This document shows positions 40,046 to 54,722 of a DNA stretch of 64,000 nt, one piece after another. Under the pieces are notes generated by a model. That model worked only from the letters and a program-made list of their open reading frames with translations. It searched no databases and was not told the origin of the DNA. How positions within the stretch are numbered: the stretch's first letter is position 1; each line of letters opens with the position of its first letter. Source of the DNA: Macrostomum lignano (Eukaryota); contig NIVC01000639.1 of NCBI GenBank assembly GCA_002269645.1, forward strand, positions 4,782 to 68,781, in the 5' to 3' direction. The translations under genes and the position numbers were made by a program.

Positions 40046-40524
40046 GCTACCATCAAGGATGACTGCCCCCCATTAATAACTTCTGACGCAATCCCAGATC
40101 CAGAATAATTCCTCAAATTACTATAATTGATCCGCATCATAGCGGAGAAAATCATTTGCGCCGAGTTGTCCCCCACAAACCCTGGCAGCTGCATCCCCTG
40201 TTTCCTTTGCCCGTCGTCCCAGCTCAAATTCTTTCCGAAAGTCCTGTCTCAAAGCTTCGGCTCTCGCCTCGCTACAAAAGGACGAAATTCGCTAGGAAAC
40301 TGGCAGATTGCGGGCCTCAAAGGTTGACTTGACGGAGTTGCGTGCCGACAGACAGGCTGCGAATGCAGTTAAAAGCAAAGTCTGCAACAAAAATTGCTGC
40401 TTTCGGCTTTAACCGCGCCCTGCTGAAACAAAGCAGATTCGCTGGCGCCAGAAAGGCGGGCGTGTGTATTTCATTATTGCCGAGCTCAAAACAAAAACGC
40501 TACAGAGGGGAGTCAGGAAGCCTG

Positions 40525-40938
40525 TCAGCTGTTGTTGCAGACCTCCTCAAAGTCGCTGGGCAGGCTGCCGAGGCTCGAGTAGGTGCTCGTGTCATCCTCC
40601 GAGTTCCTCGAGCCGCCGGCCGGCGAGGCGGAGCTCCGGCGCCGCTGCTGCTGGCGCTCGCGGTGCCGCTTCAGCAGGCGGGCGGGCGGCAGGTCGGCGC
40701 CGAGCGGCACGTTGCCCACCGACTGGGCATCGGCGGCGCCGCCGGCTGGCGCCAGGCGCTTGAATTGGCGGCGCTCGGGCGAATTCGAACTGAGCAGCAG
40801 CTGCTCCAGCTGCTGCTCGGCGTCATCTACGGCGGTGGTGGCCTGCGACCGGCCGAGATTCTGCCTGCGGCTGCCGCCCGGGCTGCCTGAGACGGCGGAG
40901 GGCAACTTGACGGCGTCGGAGGAGGCGGCGTCGGTCAT
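40525..40938 (-). CDS. Coding-like 137-aa ORF nested on the same strand in GPCR intron 1; predicted disordered, unknown function
   Basis: ATCGCCATG start context; strongly G/C third positions throughout, as in the neighbouring genuine exons; no repeat unit. Confidence 0.5.
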   Translation of the reverse strand: MTDAASSDAVKLPSAVSGSPGGSRRQNLGRSQATTAVDDAEQQLEQLLLSSNSPERRQFKRLAPAGGAADAQSVGNVPLGADLPPARLLKRHRERQQQRRRSSASPAGGSRNSEDDTSTYSSLGSLPSDFEEVCNNS

Positions 40939-41145
40939 GGCGATGGTGGGATCGGCTTGGCTGCGCCTTCTTTGCCTGCTCAGCTTGCAGTGCTCAGCCT
41001 CAGTAGAGCGAGGCTTTGAGCTTGCAGGAAATTATTGCCATAGACAGTTTGGACATGCACTTTTAACTAAGCTGAGTGCGTGTTGAGCAGTCCGCGGTTA
41101 AGACGAAGATCAAAGCAACGTTTGATTCCATTAGCATTATCTTTT

Positions 41146-42140
41146 TAGCTAGACTAGCAATCCATTCTTCTCAATCACTCACATTGGCTAGACTAGCAAT
41201 CCAATCTACTCAATCACTCACATTGGCTAGACTAGCAATCCATTCTTCTCAATCACTCACATTGGCTAGACTAGCAATCCAATCTACTCCTTCACTCACA
41301 TTGGCTAGACTAGCAATCCATTCTTCTCAATCACTCACATTGGCTAGACTAGCAATCCAATCTACTCCTTCACTCACATTGGCTAGACTAGCAATCCAAT
41401 CTTCTCAATCACTCACATTGGCTAGACTAGCAATCCAATCTACTACTTCACTTACATTGGCTAGACTAGCAATCCAATCTACTCCTTCACTCACATTGGG
41501 TAGACTAGCAATCCAATCTACTCCTTCACTTACATTGGCTAGACTAGCAATCCAATCTACTCCTTCACTCACATTGGCTAGACTAGCAATCCATTCTACT
41601 CCTTCACTCACATTGGCTAGACTAGCAATCCAATCTACTCCTTCACTCACATTGGCTAGACTAGCAATCCATTCTACTCCTTCACTCACATTGGCTAGAC
41701 TAGCAATCCAATCTACTCCTTCACTCACATTGGCTAGACTAGCAATCCAATCTACTCCTTCACTCACATTGGCTAGACTAGCAATCCATTCTACTCCTTC
41801 ACTCACATTGGCTAGACTAGCAATCCATTCTACTCCTTCACTCACATTGGCTAGACTAGCAATCCAATCTACTCCTTCACTCACATTGGCTAGACTAGCA
41901 ATCCATTCTACTCCTTCACTCACATTGACTAGACTAGCAATCTAATCTACTCCTTCACTCACATTGGCTAGACTAGCAATCCAATCTACTCCTTCACTTA
42001 CATTGGGTAGACTAGCAATCCAATCTACTCCTTCACTCACATTGGCTAGACTAGCAATCCAATCTACTCCTTCACTCACATTGGCTAGACTAGCAATCCA
42101 ATCTACTCCTTCACTCACATTGGCTAGACTAGCAATCCAC
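41146..42140. repeat. 39-bp minisatellite, ~25 copies
   Basis: ATTGGCTAGACTAGCAATCCAATCTACTCCTTCACTCAC units. Confidence 0.97.
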
Positions 42141-42844
42141 GATTTCCAGTGAACAGATTTGTCCCGTTTTCAGCCGCAAGAAAGTTAATGTCGGACAGCC
42201 TGTTTTTTAATTCCGAGCAACAATTCGACCTTTAGGCGGTCTCAGTTGCAGAATCTCTGTCAACTGAGCGTGAAGCCGCTCTGTCAAACAGTTGGAGGAG
42301 TTTCTTAGAAATTCTCTTTCTGCCCCTAATGCGAGGCGGGGCCGTCAGGCGATTCTTCATCGCACCGCACCGTCTGCGAGTTGAACAATTATGTCTGAGC
42401 TTGGAGCAGCCCGGATCCTCCGTTGAGCCATTAATTGGCGCCCAACCCCCCCCCTTCCCCCGCTTCCTCTCAGCCGCTGGGGGGGGGACTGAGCTGCAGT
42501 AAAGAAAATTTCCTATAATAACTCCCGCACTCTCGGCTTCATCATCCCAGACTGGAAAGTTTTCTTCTCCTAGAGGAAATTAAACTCGAGGCAGATAATT
42601 GTTGCAGACTGCGGGAGTCACGGCAGTCGGCAGATGCCGCTTGGGGGCCTCTGGCTGGCGATCTGAGGCAGTGGAAATATCTGCCAGTAATTGGAAATTC
42701 CATTAGGGTAGGCGCAACCTGAGCTCAGGAAGGCTATCGCACCCGATTTCTACTCTTTCATCAAAGCAGGTAATTTACGAGGGGGAGGGCTTGTGAGCAT
42801 GGGAGCAACGCCCACTAATTACGCATTGCTCATTCAGCGGTGGC

Positions 42845-42905
42845 TGCTGGGCAGCTCAGCGGCTTCCAACCTTCGCGCCAGAGTACCTGAGTTCGATTCC
42901 GCTCG
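42845..42905 (+). mobile_element. tRNA-like (A/B box) head, possible second SINE
   Basis: GCAGCTCAGCGG at 42851 and GTTCGATTC at 42891, with tRNA-like spacing; no convincing full cloverleaf. Confidence 0.33.
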
Positions 42906-43067
42906 CTCTGATGAGAGAAAAACTCAGGGCGGCTGCACACCCTGTGTGAGCATCCGTGTGCTCAGGGGTCAGCGGGATAGCCCATGCAACAAAGGAATCG
43001 AAGCTGGGCCAGTTTTGGTGCGACGGCACACGCAGGCGACATCTTTCCACAGATTCTTTTCAGTATC

Positions 43068-43885
43068 TCCTCAAATTATCCTCAAATTATCCTCAAATTA
43101 TCCTCAAATTATCCTCAAATTATCTTCAGAATCTCCTCAGATTCTCTCTAGATTTTCATAAGCTTCTCTTCAGCTTCTCCTCAGCTTCTCCTCAGCTTCT
43201 CCTCAGATTCTCCTCAGATTCTCCTCAGCTTCTCCTCAGATTCTCCCCAGATTCTCCTCAGCTTCTCCTCAGCTTCTCCTCAGATTCTCCTCAGATTCTT
43301 CTCAGCTTCTCCTCAGATTCTCCTCAGATTCTCCTCAGATTCTTCTCAGCTTCTCCTCAGATTCTCCTCAGCTTCTCCTCAGACTCTCTTCAGCTTCTTC
43401 TCAGCTTCTCCTCAGCTTCTCCTCAGCTTCTCCTCAGACTCTCTTCAGCTTCTCCTCAGCTTCTCCTCAGATTCTCCTCAGATTCTCCTCAGATTCTTCT
43501 CAGCTTCTCCTCAGATTCTCCTCAGCTTCTCCTCAGACTCTCTTCAGCTTCTCTTCAGCTTCTCCTCAGCTTCTCCTCAGATTCTTCCCAGATTCTCCTC
43601 AGCTTCTCCTCAGACTCTCTTCAGCTTCTTCTCAGCTTCTCCTCAGATTCTCCTCAGCTTCTCCTCAGACTCTCTACAGCTTCTTCTCAGATTCTCCTCA
43701 GATTCTTCCCAGATTTTTCTAAAATTTTCTTAAGATTCTCCAAAAAATTCTTCAGATTCTCCCTAGTATCTCCATCAGATTCTTCAAAAATTTTCTTCAG
43801 ATTCTCCCCAGTATCTCCCCAGCATTCTCTCATTCAGATTCTCCTCAGATTCTCCTCAGATTATCTTCAGACTCTCCTCAGATTC
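43068..43885. repeat. 11-bp repeat (TTCTCCTCAGM)n, degenerate
   Basis: Direct reading. Confidence 0.94.
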
Positions 43886-43928
43886 TCCCGCTTGTCCCGC
43901 GCCCCCAGCCCCGCCCCGGACGGCTCAC

Positions 43929-44341
43929 ATCTGCATCGCCACGATCACCAGGTGCCACACGAAGTTGGCGTTGGCGAAGAACTCAAAGTAGTTGGAGAAA
44001 ATGCAGAGCCAGCGCGAACCGTTCCAGGAATTGTGCGACTGCCGGCCGACGATCACCGGCACGGACAGCACCAGGAAGATGACGGCAGCCGCCGAGAACG
44101 AGGCCAGGATGGCGTTGGTCAGCGTCCGGAACGAGCTGTCCGTGGCGATGATGGCGAGCACGATGCCGTTGGAGGCGACGCCGATGGCCAGGCAAGAGAT
44201 GCAGATGACGGGCAGCGGGAAGCTGGAGCTGTGGCTCGGGCTGCTGGCCTTCATCGACTCGATGATCTCGCGCGGGGCAACGCAGAACTCGGTGGTGCCG
44301 AACACTGAGGAGGAATTGTCCAAGATGACGCACTCGTCCAT
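43929..44341 (-). CDS. Six-exon GPCR, exon 1 (N-terminus, TM1-TM3)
   Basis: ATCGCCATG start; TM1 LAIGVASNGIV, TM2 NAILASFSAAAVIFLVLSVP, ECL1 W...LC, TM3 ...HLVIVAMQ at|gtgagc; 413 nt, phase 2, matching exon 2. The spliced product is ~440 aa. Confidence 0.88.
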
Positions 44342-45035
44342 GGCGATGGGGCTAGCAGAAAAGTTGCTGTCTCAGCTGTTGCTAGGGGGGATTATCCAGT
44401 TAGTCAGTGCCGCGATCCATCACCCGCAGCGCTCAGTGCGCGGCCTCTTCAACAGCCGCTGTGGCAGTCGCTGGCTGGGGAGGGGGTGGCAGGTCATCGC
44501 TGATTGGCTGAGGGGCTGCCATCAATAACCAGTCCCGGGGATCGGCAGCTTCCATCCGTACAGCGGCTGACCCGCATGCTACCGTCAGCGAGTGCACTGC
44601 TGCTGCTTGGGTGACCAGCCAGTCCCTCTCCCCGTCTCTGTCACGTTTCTCATCGCTCGCCGCTACACTTTTTACTGTCAGCCGTTGCCGGACCGAGGCG
44701 AATGCGGCCAACAATCACTCAGATTGTTGCTGGGCTCGTGACCTCTCCCAGCATCCCCTATCACTTCCATTATTTTTATCTTCCTAGATTCCATAGCTGG
44801 CTTCAGTTGCAACTGGCTCTGTACTCTCAATAGCAATCATCACTGTCTCCCATCTATAAAGTGCATGGTGTCTTTTTTGACAATATTTCTGTCTGATTTA
44901 AAATTCTGATGCAGCAGCACTGGGCTGATGCTTATAAACCATTCTGCCAACTGTGTCAGCATCTCATCGGGTAAATACTGAGCATGCTCTGGAAATTCCC
45001 ATTCAACCGATGAGCAGGTAGACAAGACACTTCTC

Positions 45036-45722
45036 CCTTGATGGTTACATTGTCTATGGCCCAGAGTAGTTCTATGGCAGTGGCTGCTGCTGTCTTGATG
45101 GTTACATTGTCTATGGCCCAGAGTAGTTCTATGGCAGTGGCTGCTGCTGTCTTGATGGGTACATTGTCTATGGCCCAGAGTAGTTCTATGGCAGTGGCTG
45201 CTGCTGTCTTGATGGGTACATTGTCTATGGCCCAGAGTAGTTCTATGGCAGTGGCTGCTGCTGTCTTGATGGGTACATTGTCTATGGCCCAGAGTAGTTC
45301 TATGGCAGTGGCTGCTGCTGTCTTGATGGGTACATTGTCTATGGCCCAGAGTAGTTCTATGGCAGTGACTGCTTCTGCCTTGATGGATACACTGTCTATG
45401 GCCCAGAGTAGTTCTATGGCAGTGGCTGCTGCTGCCTTGATGGATACACTGTCTTATGGCCCAGAGTAGTTCTATGGCAGTGGCTGCTGCTGCCTTGATG
45501 GATACACTGTCTATGGCCCAGAGTAGTTCTATGGCAGTGGCTTCTGCTGCCTTGATGGATACACTGTCTATGGCCCAGAGTAGTTCTATGGCAGTGGCTT
45601 CTGCTGCCTTGATGGGTACATTGTCTATGGCCCAGAGTAGTTCTATGGCAGTGGCTGCTGCTGTCTTGATGGATACATTGTCTATGGCCCAGAGTAGTTC
45701 TATGGCAGTGGCTGCTGCTGCA
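45036..45722. repeat. 57-bp minisatellite, ~12 copies
   Basis: CATTGTCTATGGCCCAGAGTAGTTCTATGGCAGTGGCTGCTGCTGTCTTGATGGGTA units. Confidence 0.96.
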
Positions 45723-46284
45723 GTGAAGTGGATTCTTAACTTGAATGGCCCAGTTATCAACCTGACTAACAGAATAAAAGAGCAACAAACGCAGGGATAG
45801 CAGAGTAGACCAAGCCCCCCTCAGCCTGAGCTCCCTTAGCAGATTAGCGGCAATCGATGCTCAGAGGGATTTCACCACCGAAGATAAGCAGACTATCGGT
45901 GGCCATCTGTGTTGCTCAAGTAGCAGTGGCCATTTGCTTAATTGCATTGCTGCTCACCCAACTGCACCCAACACGGCTCCCAGACTCCCACCCGCCACTG
46001 CAGCGGCCACACAGTCTGTCCAAAGTGGTGAAAAAAACAAAATTAAAAATTCTCTAAATTGACCGTTTTGAATATTAAATTTCATTTTGCTTAAATAACT
46101 GATGCGCCAGCAGTGTGAGCTCTGACCCCGTCCTCACCACCGCACCCAGCTTCTCTGACTGGGCCTCTGGGCAGAGGGAACCGGATTTGACTGCATGACA
46201 TCCTATGAGTGCATGTTCTCCTGAGCACATGACACCCACATATAGACTCTGGCTATTTTATGGAAGTCTCATCCAAATACTTGT

Positions 46285-47625
46285 CCTCATCCTCATCCTC
46301 ATCCTCATCATCATCCTCATCCTTATCATCATCCTCATCCTCATCCTCATCCTCATCCTCATCCTCATCCTCATCCTCATTTTTATCCTCATCCTCATCC
46401 TCATCCTCATCCTCATCCTCATCCTCATTCTCATCCTCATCCTCATCCTCATCCGCATCCTCATCCTCATCCTCATTCTCATCCTCATCCTCATCCTCAT
46501 CCTCATCCTCATCCTCATTTTTATCCTCATCCTCATCCTCATCCTCATCCTCATCCGCATCCTCATCCTCATCCTCATCCTCATCCTCATCCTCATTTTT
46601 ATCCTCATCCTCATCCTCATCCTCATCCTCATCCGCATCCTCATCCTCATCCTCATCCTCATCCTCATCCTCATCCTCATTTTTATCCTCATCCTCATCC
46701 TCATTTTCATCCTCATCCTCATTTTCATCCTCATCCTCATCCTCATCCTCATCCTCATCCTTATCCTTATCCTCATCCTCATCCTTATCATCATCCTCAT
46801 TCTCATCCTCATCCTCATCCTCATCCTCATCCTCATCCTTATCCTCATCCTCATCCTCATCCTCATCCTCATCCTCATCCTCATCCTCATTCTCATCCTC
46901 ATCCTCATCCTCATCCTCATCCTCATTTTCATCCTCATCCTCATCCTCATCCTCATCCTCATCCTCATCCTCATCCTCATCCTCATTTTCATCCTCATCC
47001 TCATTCTCATTCTCATCCTCATTCTCATTCTCATCCTCATCCTCATCCTCATCCGCATCCTCATCCTCATCCTCATCCTCATCCTCATCCTCATTCTCAT
47101 TTTTATCCTCATCCTCATCCTCATTTTCATCCTCATTTTTATCCTCATCCTCATCCTCATTTTTATCCTCATCCTCATCCTCATTTTCATCCTCATCCTC
47201 ATCCTCATCCTCATCCTCATTCTCATCCTCATTCTCATTCTCATTCTCATCCTCATCCTCATCCGCATCCTCATCCTCATCCTCATTTTTATCCTCATCC
47301 TCATCCTCATTTTTATCCTCATCCTCATCCTCATTTTCATCCTCATCCTCATTCTCATCCGCATCCTCATCCTCATCCTCATTCTCATCCTCATCCTCAT
47401 CCTCATCCTCATCCTCATCCTCATTTTTATCCTCATCCTCATCCTCATCCTCATCCTCATCCGCATCCTCATCCTCATCCTCATTTTCATTCTCATTCTC
47501 ATTCTCATCCTCATCCTCATCCTCATCCTCATCCTCATTTTTATCCTCATTCTCATCCTCATTTTCATTCTCATCCTCATTCTCATTCTCATTCTCATCC
47601 TCATTCTCATTCTCATCCTCATCCC
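46285..47625. repeat. (ATCCTC)n hexamer
   Basis: Direct reading. Confidence 0.99.
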
Positions 47626-48514
47626 CATGCCGGGAACTCCCACTACTCTACTCATTTTCCTTCGAGCCGAGCGCTCAAAGCTGTATCCTTGGCCACACAT
47701 CTTGCCGTACGGCCCGTCAGTTCGGATCCCAGCAGCTCCGACATCTCCCAGCCTCACCGCAGATCTCTGGCCAATCCGCGCAGATCCCGCTCGACATCGC
47801 CGTGATGATTGCCAGAAGAAGTTTCGCATCAGCTCCCCGTGAATTTGCCTCGGATCGCAGATTTGCCTTGGCAACTCAGTGCACTTTTGCAAGCTCAAAC
47901 CGCTGGGCCGGATCGGCAGTTCGCAGCGGGGCGCCGCCCCATCCCCAATTCGTCAGCATGGAGATCTTCAACCAGAGTCCAGGAGGAGGCTACAGCCGAC
48001 CTAGCATCAGCTTCCACTAGCTTCATCATCACTCCTGTTGCGGACTTCTGAGTTTCAAAGCACCCACAAGTTTATCGAGAAAGTTTTCCATGAAATGCTA
48101 CCCAATGCTAAATTTTCTTGAAGTTCCAGAGAATCTGCACTCCAGACCCTGCTTCTAGGTGGCCTTGGTTCTCAAACTCGCTTCCCTAACTCGCTTAAGT
48201 CACTCGCTGGGTTGCTAATTTCTTGTTGGACGAAACCGCACAGGCCGGGGGGGGGGGAGAGAAAGTCCTCGAACTCCGGGTTGTCAGGCCAGCTCAGATC
48301 GCTTGTTTATCCATCGTGTCAGCCGTTTCTCGCTCAACTGTTCGCCGACTTTCTCTTTGATATTGTGCACTGGAGTCCTGTCTCTGCTTTTGTGACTCCG
48401 TTTAGTGGAGCGGAATGAAATTGGGATGCCAGCTCAGGGCTTGGACTAGTTGAGAAGTTGCCAGCGATAAGCGGGCTGGATAAGTCAGTTCAGGCCGCAG
48501 CTACGCATCGGGAG

Positions 48515-49290
<776 letters not shown>

Positions 49291-49774
49291 AGGCATAGAG
49301 TCGTCAGTCAGGTTAAGTTCTGTTGCGAAGGTGTGCAAGCAACTACCCCTACTTACACTGCTTAGACCATACTGGGAGCCAAGTCGCACATTGATTCTTG
49401 ACTTTATTTTTTTCTGTAAATCATTTGAACGCCATTCATTTTCAACAGTATTGCAAGCCAGTTAGCAAAAAAGGCCTTCGCGTGAATAAGCAGTGATTCA
49501 GTCTGCGACGGACATCCTTCTCACCAGTCACGCTCAGAACCCCAGTCAGCAATCTTAAACTCAAAGCAGATAAACAAAGCAGCTTCTCTTTTGTCTTCGA
49601 AAAAAGTGAAAAGTGCACCGCCTCAGTTCCTTTCCACTGACTGCAGACAATGCAGTGTTTTTAACCATATGTGGCTGGGCGTGGGCGGTCCATGGTTCTA
49701 AATTAACAAGCCGAAACTAAGGGTAGAGGCTGCACAGAGAGGGTCTTCTTAAAAGGAATTGCTCCCATCATTCA

Positions 49775-50065
49775 GGGTATTACTCAGATCCTTCAGGATA
49801 CTACTCAGATCCTTCAGGAGAATTGCTTAGACACTTCAGACAAAAAAGCCCAGATTATTCAGGGTATTACTCAAATCCTTCATGGTTGTTCACTCAAATC
49901 TTTAAGGGTTGTTCACTCATATCCTTAAGGGTTGTTCACTCAAATCCTTAAGGGTTGTTCACTCATATCCTTAAGGGTTGTTCACTCAAATCCTTAAGGG
50001 TTGTTCACTCATATCCTTCAGGGGTAGTACTCAAATACTTCAGGGGTAGTACTCAAATCCTTCAG
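49775..50065. repeat. Degenerate ~23-bp repeat (TTCACTCAWATCCTTAAGGGTTG)
   Basis: Direct reading. Confidence 0.85.
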
Positions 50066-50554
50066 GTTAGTTGCTCAGTAGGTACTGCAGAGTCAGTGCT
50101 TGGACCGCAAATGACTTCAGAAGAATTACTAAAAATGTCTTGTTGTGCGATTAAAGACGCAGAACGGTCAGCCTACCTGCATCCTGGAATCCCCGTGGGT
50201 ACCCCGCCTCGGTAAAGCTGAGAGCGCAGCCCTGCAGCCACTCGCTCAGTCGGGTCGATGGCCGCCCGCTCTCCCCGTCTGTAACAGGCCTCCAGAGCCT
50301 CAAGCCTGAAGCAATCAATACTGAAGTGTATTTGCGGCGCCTAAAGAGTTGAGCCCGACTCGAGCTGCAAGATTAAGCACACAAATCTGACACTCGGGAA
50401 GCTGACCCGCCTGTCACCGAGTGCCGAGTTTTGATAAGCATTGAAAAACATGCCAGCCATTCACTCTGCTTGAGCCTGCTGGCTAGCATGTCAGCAAGTA
50501 CTTTACACTTACAGTTCGAAGCTGCTTGCTGCCTTTGATGACGGCTGGAGCATG

Positions 50555-51897
50555 CAGCACATCCACATGCACATCCACATCCACATCCACATCCACATCC
50601 ACATGCACATCCACATCCACATCCACATGCACATCCACATCCCCATCCACATCCACATGCACATCCACATCCACATCCACATCCACATCCACATGCACAT
50701 GCACATCCACATGCACATCCACATCCACATCCACATCCACATCCACATCCACATCCACATCCACATCCACATCCACATCCACATCCACATCCACATCCAC
50801 ATCCACATCCACATCCACATCCACATCCACATGCACATCCACATGCACATCCACATCCACATCCACATGCACATCCACATGCACATCCACATCCACATCC
50901 ACATCCACATCCACATCCACATCCACATCCACATCCCCATCCACATCCACATGCACATCCACATCCACATCCACATCCACATCCACATCCACATGCACAT
51001 GCACATCCACATCCACATCCACATCCACATCCACATCCACATCCACATCCACATCCCCATCCACATCCACATGCACATGCACATCCACATCCACATGCAC
51101 ATCCACATCCACATGCACATGCACATCCACATCCACATCCACATCCACATCCACATCCACATCCACATGCACATGCACATCCACATCCACATCCACATCC
51201 ACATCCACATCCACATCCACATGCACATGCACATCCACATCCACATCCACATCCACATCCACATCCACATGCACATGCACATGCACATCCACATCCACAT
51301 GCACATCCACATCCACATGCACATCCACATCCACATCCACATCCACATCCACATCCACATGCACATGCACATCCACATCCACATCCACATCCACATCCAC
51401 ATCCACATCCACATGCACATGCACATCCACATCCACATCCACATCCACATCCACATGCACATGCACATCCACATCCACATCCACATCCACATCCACATCC
51501 ACATCCACATCCACATCCACATCCACATCCACATCCACATCCACATCCACATCCACATCCCCATCCCCATCCACATGCACATCCACATCCACATCCACAT
51601 CCACATCCACATCCACATCCACATCCACATCCACATCCACATCCACATCCACATCCACATCCACATCCACATCCACATCCACATCCACATCCACATCCAC
51701 ATCCACATCCCCATCCACATCCACATCCACATCCACATCCACATCCACATCCACATCCACATCCACATCCACATCCACATCCACATGCACATCCACATCC
51801 ACATCCACATCCACATCCACATGCACATCCACATCCACATCCACATCCACATTCACATCAACATCCACATCCACATCAACATCCACATCCACATGCA
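50555..51897. repeat. (CACATC/CACATG)n hexamer
   Basis: Direct reading. Confidence 0.99.
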
Positions 51898-52524
51898 CAG
51901 AAGAGCCGCATGCACTGCAGTCGCACCAGATGCCCCCTCAAGAAAGATGTGGTAACTTTTATTTTGACCTCGAATTCGTCAGCTTTCTCCGGCCGGAGGG
52001 GGTCCCCAGTGGCTGAGGGTGGAGTCTAGCGGAATGGGCGACGCTCGCCTCCCCGCTGCGTCTTCGGACCGCCCTGCAGCTAAGAGGGGCGGAGTCAAAA
52101 GTTTCCTGAAAGATCAGCGGAGTTACATGGAAGGTCGCAGCTCGAGACCCCGGAGCCACAGCAACATGCAGCGGATGTTTAGAAATGCTGGATCAAATTT
52201 GATGAGGCAGTCTATTTGCATAATTGTCTTCTGCAAGGCACTGCATCACCGTATGAATTTGCAGAAGGCTCGACACATGCGTTCAGTGAAATGCAGTTAC
52301 AGCCAGCCGATCAAAATGGCGTCAACAAGTGGAATGAACTGCGGTATTCACGAGTCTTATGCATTGTTATGCATTTGAGCATGCATATGTTCGGTAGATA
52401 CTACTGATGCTGAGATAAAGGTGTGACGTTTTGGGGATTATTTTTGGTATGATAAAATTGGAATTCGTCGAACTTTTATTCGACTATAAATTGGAAGAGT
52501 AGACGGTGAGAATTCGCCATGAAG

Positions 52525-52860
52525 TGTGAGATTTGACTATTACACCGTGAGATTTGACTTTGTGACAGTGACAGTTGACTGTGACAGTGAGATTTGACAA
52601 TTAAACTGTGAGATTTGACTCTGTCACCATGAGATCTGACTATTACACCGTGAGATTTGACTTTGTGACAGTGACAGTTGACTGTGACAGTGAGATTTGA
52701 CAATTAAAACTGCGTAATTTGACTATTAGACTGTGAGATTCAAATATTAGACTGTGAGATTCAAATATTAGACTGTGAGATTCGAATATTAGACTGTGAG
52801 ATTTGACTATTAGACTGTGAGATTCGAATGCTAGACTGTAAGATTTGACAGTAATGCTGA
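52525..52860. repeat. Degenerate GTGAGATTTGACT-containing repeat
   Basis: Internal block duplication followed by ~21-bp units. Confidence 0.85.
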
Positions 52861-53264
52861 GATTTTACAATGAGACTTTTAGATTAGTGCATACGCGCTT
52901 GTAGTAGACCGAACAGTGGGAATGGAGCAGTGTACTTTAAGCTCGCACCGTGGGACAGTGAGGCTGCTCTATGAACCTATCCGAACCGAAGTGTGCAGTG
53001 ACCCGGGCCAAAGCAAACACGAAGTCCAGCAGACACTGAAAGCTTGACTTGAAAGAAGAACCGATGCAGTGTCGCCGAACCCCAGAAATGCAAACAGAGA
53101 AGACGCTAGATAAGGTGGGCCGGTGGCAGCGGTGCCTCCAGGCTCTGGCACTCACTACTTGTGAGTCACGTGACAGACTGAAGCAGGTTGGGGTGGAGAG
53201 CGCATCGGAATTCTGCGCACAACGGCGGAGTCCCGTGCAGACCCTGGCCCAGGCGGCAAACAGG

Positions 53265-53512
53265 CCAGGGCGCTTCCAGACACACAGACAGTCAGAGGAA
53301 GAGTTGGCAAACAGCTTCCCTGTTTTTCCAGGGCGCTTCCAGGCACACAGAGAGTCAGAGGAAGAGTTTTCAAACAGCTTCCCGGTTTTGCCAGGGCGCT
53401 TCCAGGCACAGAGAGAGTCAGAGGAAGAGTTGGCAAGCAGCTTCCCGGTTTTGCCAGGGCGCTTCCAGGCACAGAGAAAGTCAGAGGAAGAGTTGGCAAG
53501 CAGCTTCCCGGT
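53265..53512. repeat. 63-bp repeat, 4 copies
   Basis: CCAGGGCGCTTCCAG recurs at an offset of 63. Confidence 0.93.
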
Positions 53513-53999
53513 TGCTTGGCTTTTCAATATTCTCTGGCATTCGAATCAGAGAATGCCCTCCAGCTGCGTGCCACTGGACGAGCGAGCTGCCAATAATCCC
53601 AGCGGGTTGGGTTTCCGCACGCGGCTCCTGACCAAAATCTATTTTTAATATCGATTTTTTCGTAGCCCCTCCTCCGTCGAGGTTCTTCTCAGAACTGGCA
53701 ACGGCTGCGCAACTCCTGCAGAGGCGCTGCCGCATTCTGTTGGCTGCCCCGACCAGCTGTCCCCGCGCCCCTGCCTGGAAACTGTCTCCACGTATTTTCA
53801 CCCGCTCTCTCCCCTGTGGAAGCCCAGAAAAGGCAGATCAACTTCACGGGAAGGAGAGGATTCGAGTGCTGTTGCTATCCGCGCGGACACGCCCTGGATC
53901 TGAGATCGTGAGTTGCTTCTTCAACTGTTTTCTGCCTTTCCTGCCGTTTATGCTGCACAGGGAGCTTGATCACAGTGAGCACAGTGAGAATTGACTCTG

Positions 54000-54722
54000 A
54001 GAATTGTCTATACGACAATGAGAATTGGCTATAGGACTATGAGAATTGGCTATAGGACTATGAGAATTGGCTATAGGACTATGCGAATTGGCTATAGGAC
54101 TATGCGAATTGGCTATAGGACCATGAGAATTGGCTATAGGACTATGCGAATTGGCTATAGGACTATGCGAATTGGCTATAGGACTATGCGAATTGGCTAT
54201 AGGACTATGCGAATTGGCTATAGGACCATGAGAATTGGCTATAGGACTATGCGAATTGGCTATAGGACTATGAGAATTGGCTATAGGACTATGCGAATTG
54301 GCTATAGGACTATGCGAATTGGCTATAGGACTATGCGAATTGGCTATAGGACCATGAGAATTGGCTATAGGACTATGCGAATTGGCTATAGGACTATGCG
54401 AATTGGCTATAGGACTATGCGAATTGGCTATAGGACTATGCGAATTGGCTATAGGACCGTGAGAATTGGCTGTAGGACTATGAGAATTGGCTATAGGACT
54501 ATGCGAATTGGCTATAGGACTATGCGAATTGGCTATAGGACTATGAGAATTGGCTATAGGACTATGCGAATTGGCTATAGGACTATGCGAATTGGCTATA
54601 GGACCGTGAGAATTGGCTGTAGGACTATGAGAATTGGCTATAGGACTATGCGAATTGGCTATAGGACTATGCGAATTGGCTATAGGACCATGAGAATTGG
54701 CTATAGGACTATGAGAATTGGC
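54000..54722. repeat. 21-bp minisatellite (TATGMGAATTGGCTATAGGAC)n
   Basis: About 34 copies. Confidence 0.97.

Noticed and set aside
44840-45800. His/Cys-rich or Met/Ala-rich 19-aa repeat ORFs as metal-binding or antifreeze proteins
   Set aside because: They derive from a 57-bp minisatellite that is open in several frames and has a frame-breaking indel at ~45455.
51959-52407. Short ORFs between the CACATC array and the 52.5-kb repeat
   Set aside because: No codon bias, domain motif or splice support that I could recognise.
53049-53648. ORF with repeated ...FPVLPGRF... as an RFamide neuropeptide precursor
   Set aside because: No signal peptide, no amidation Gly or dibasic site after RF, and other frames and strands are equally open across the 63-bp repeat.
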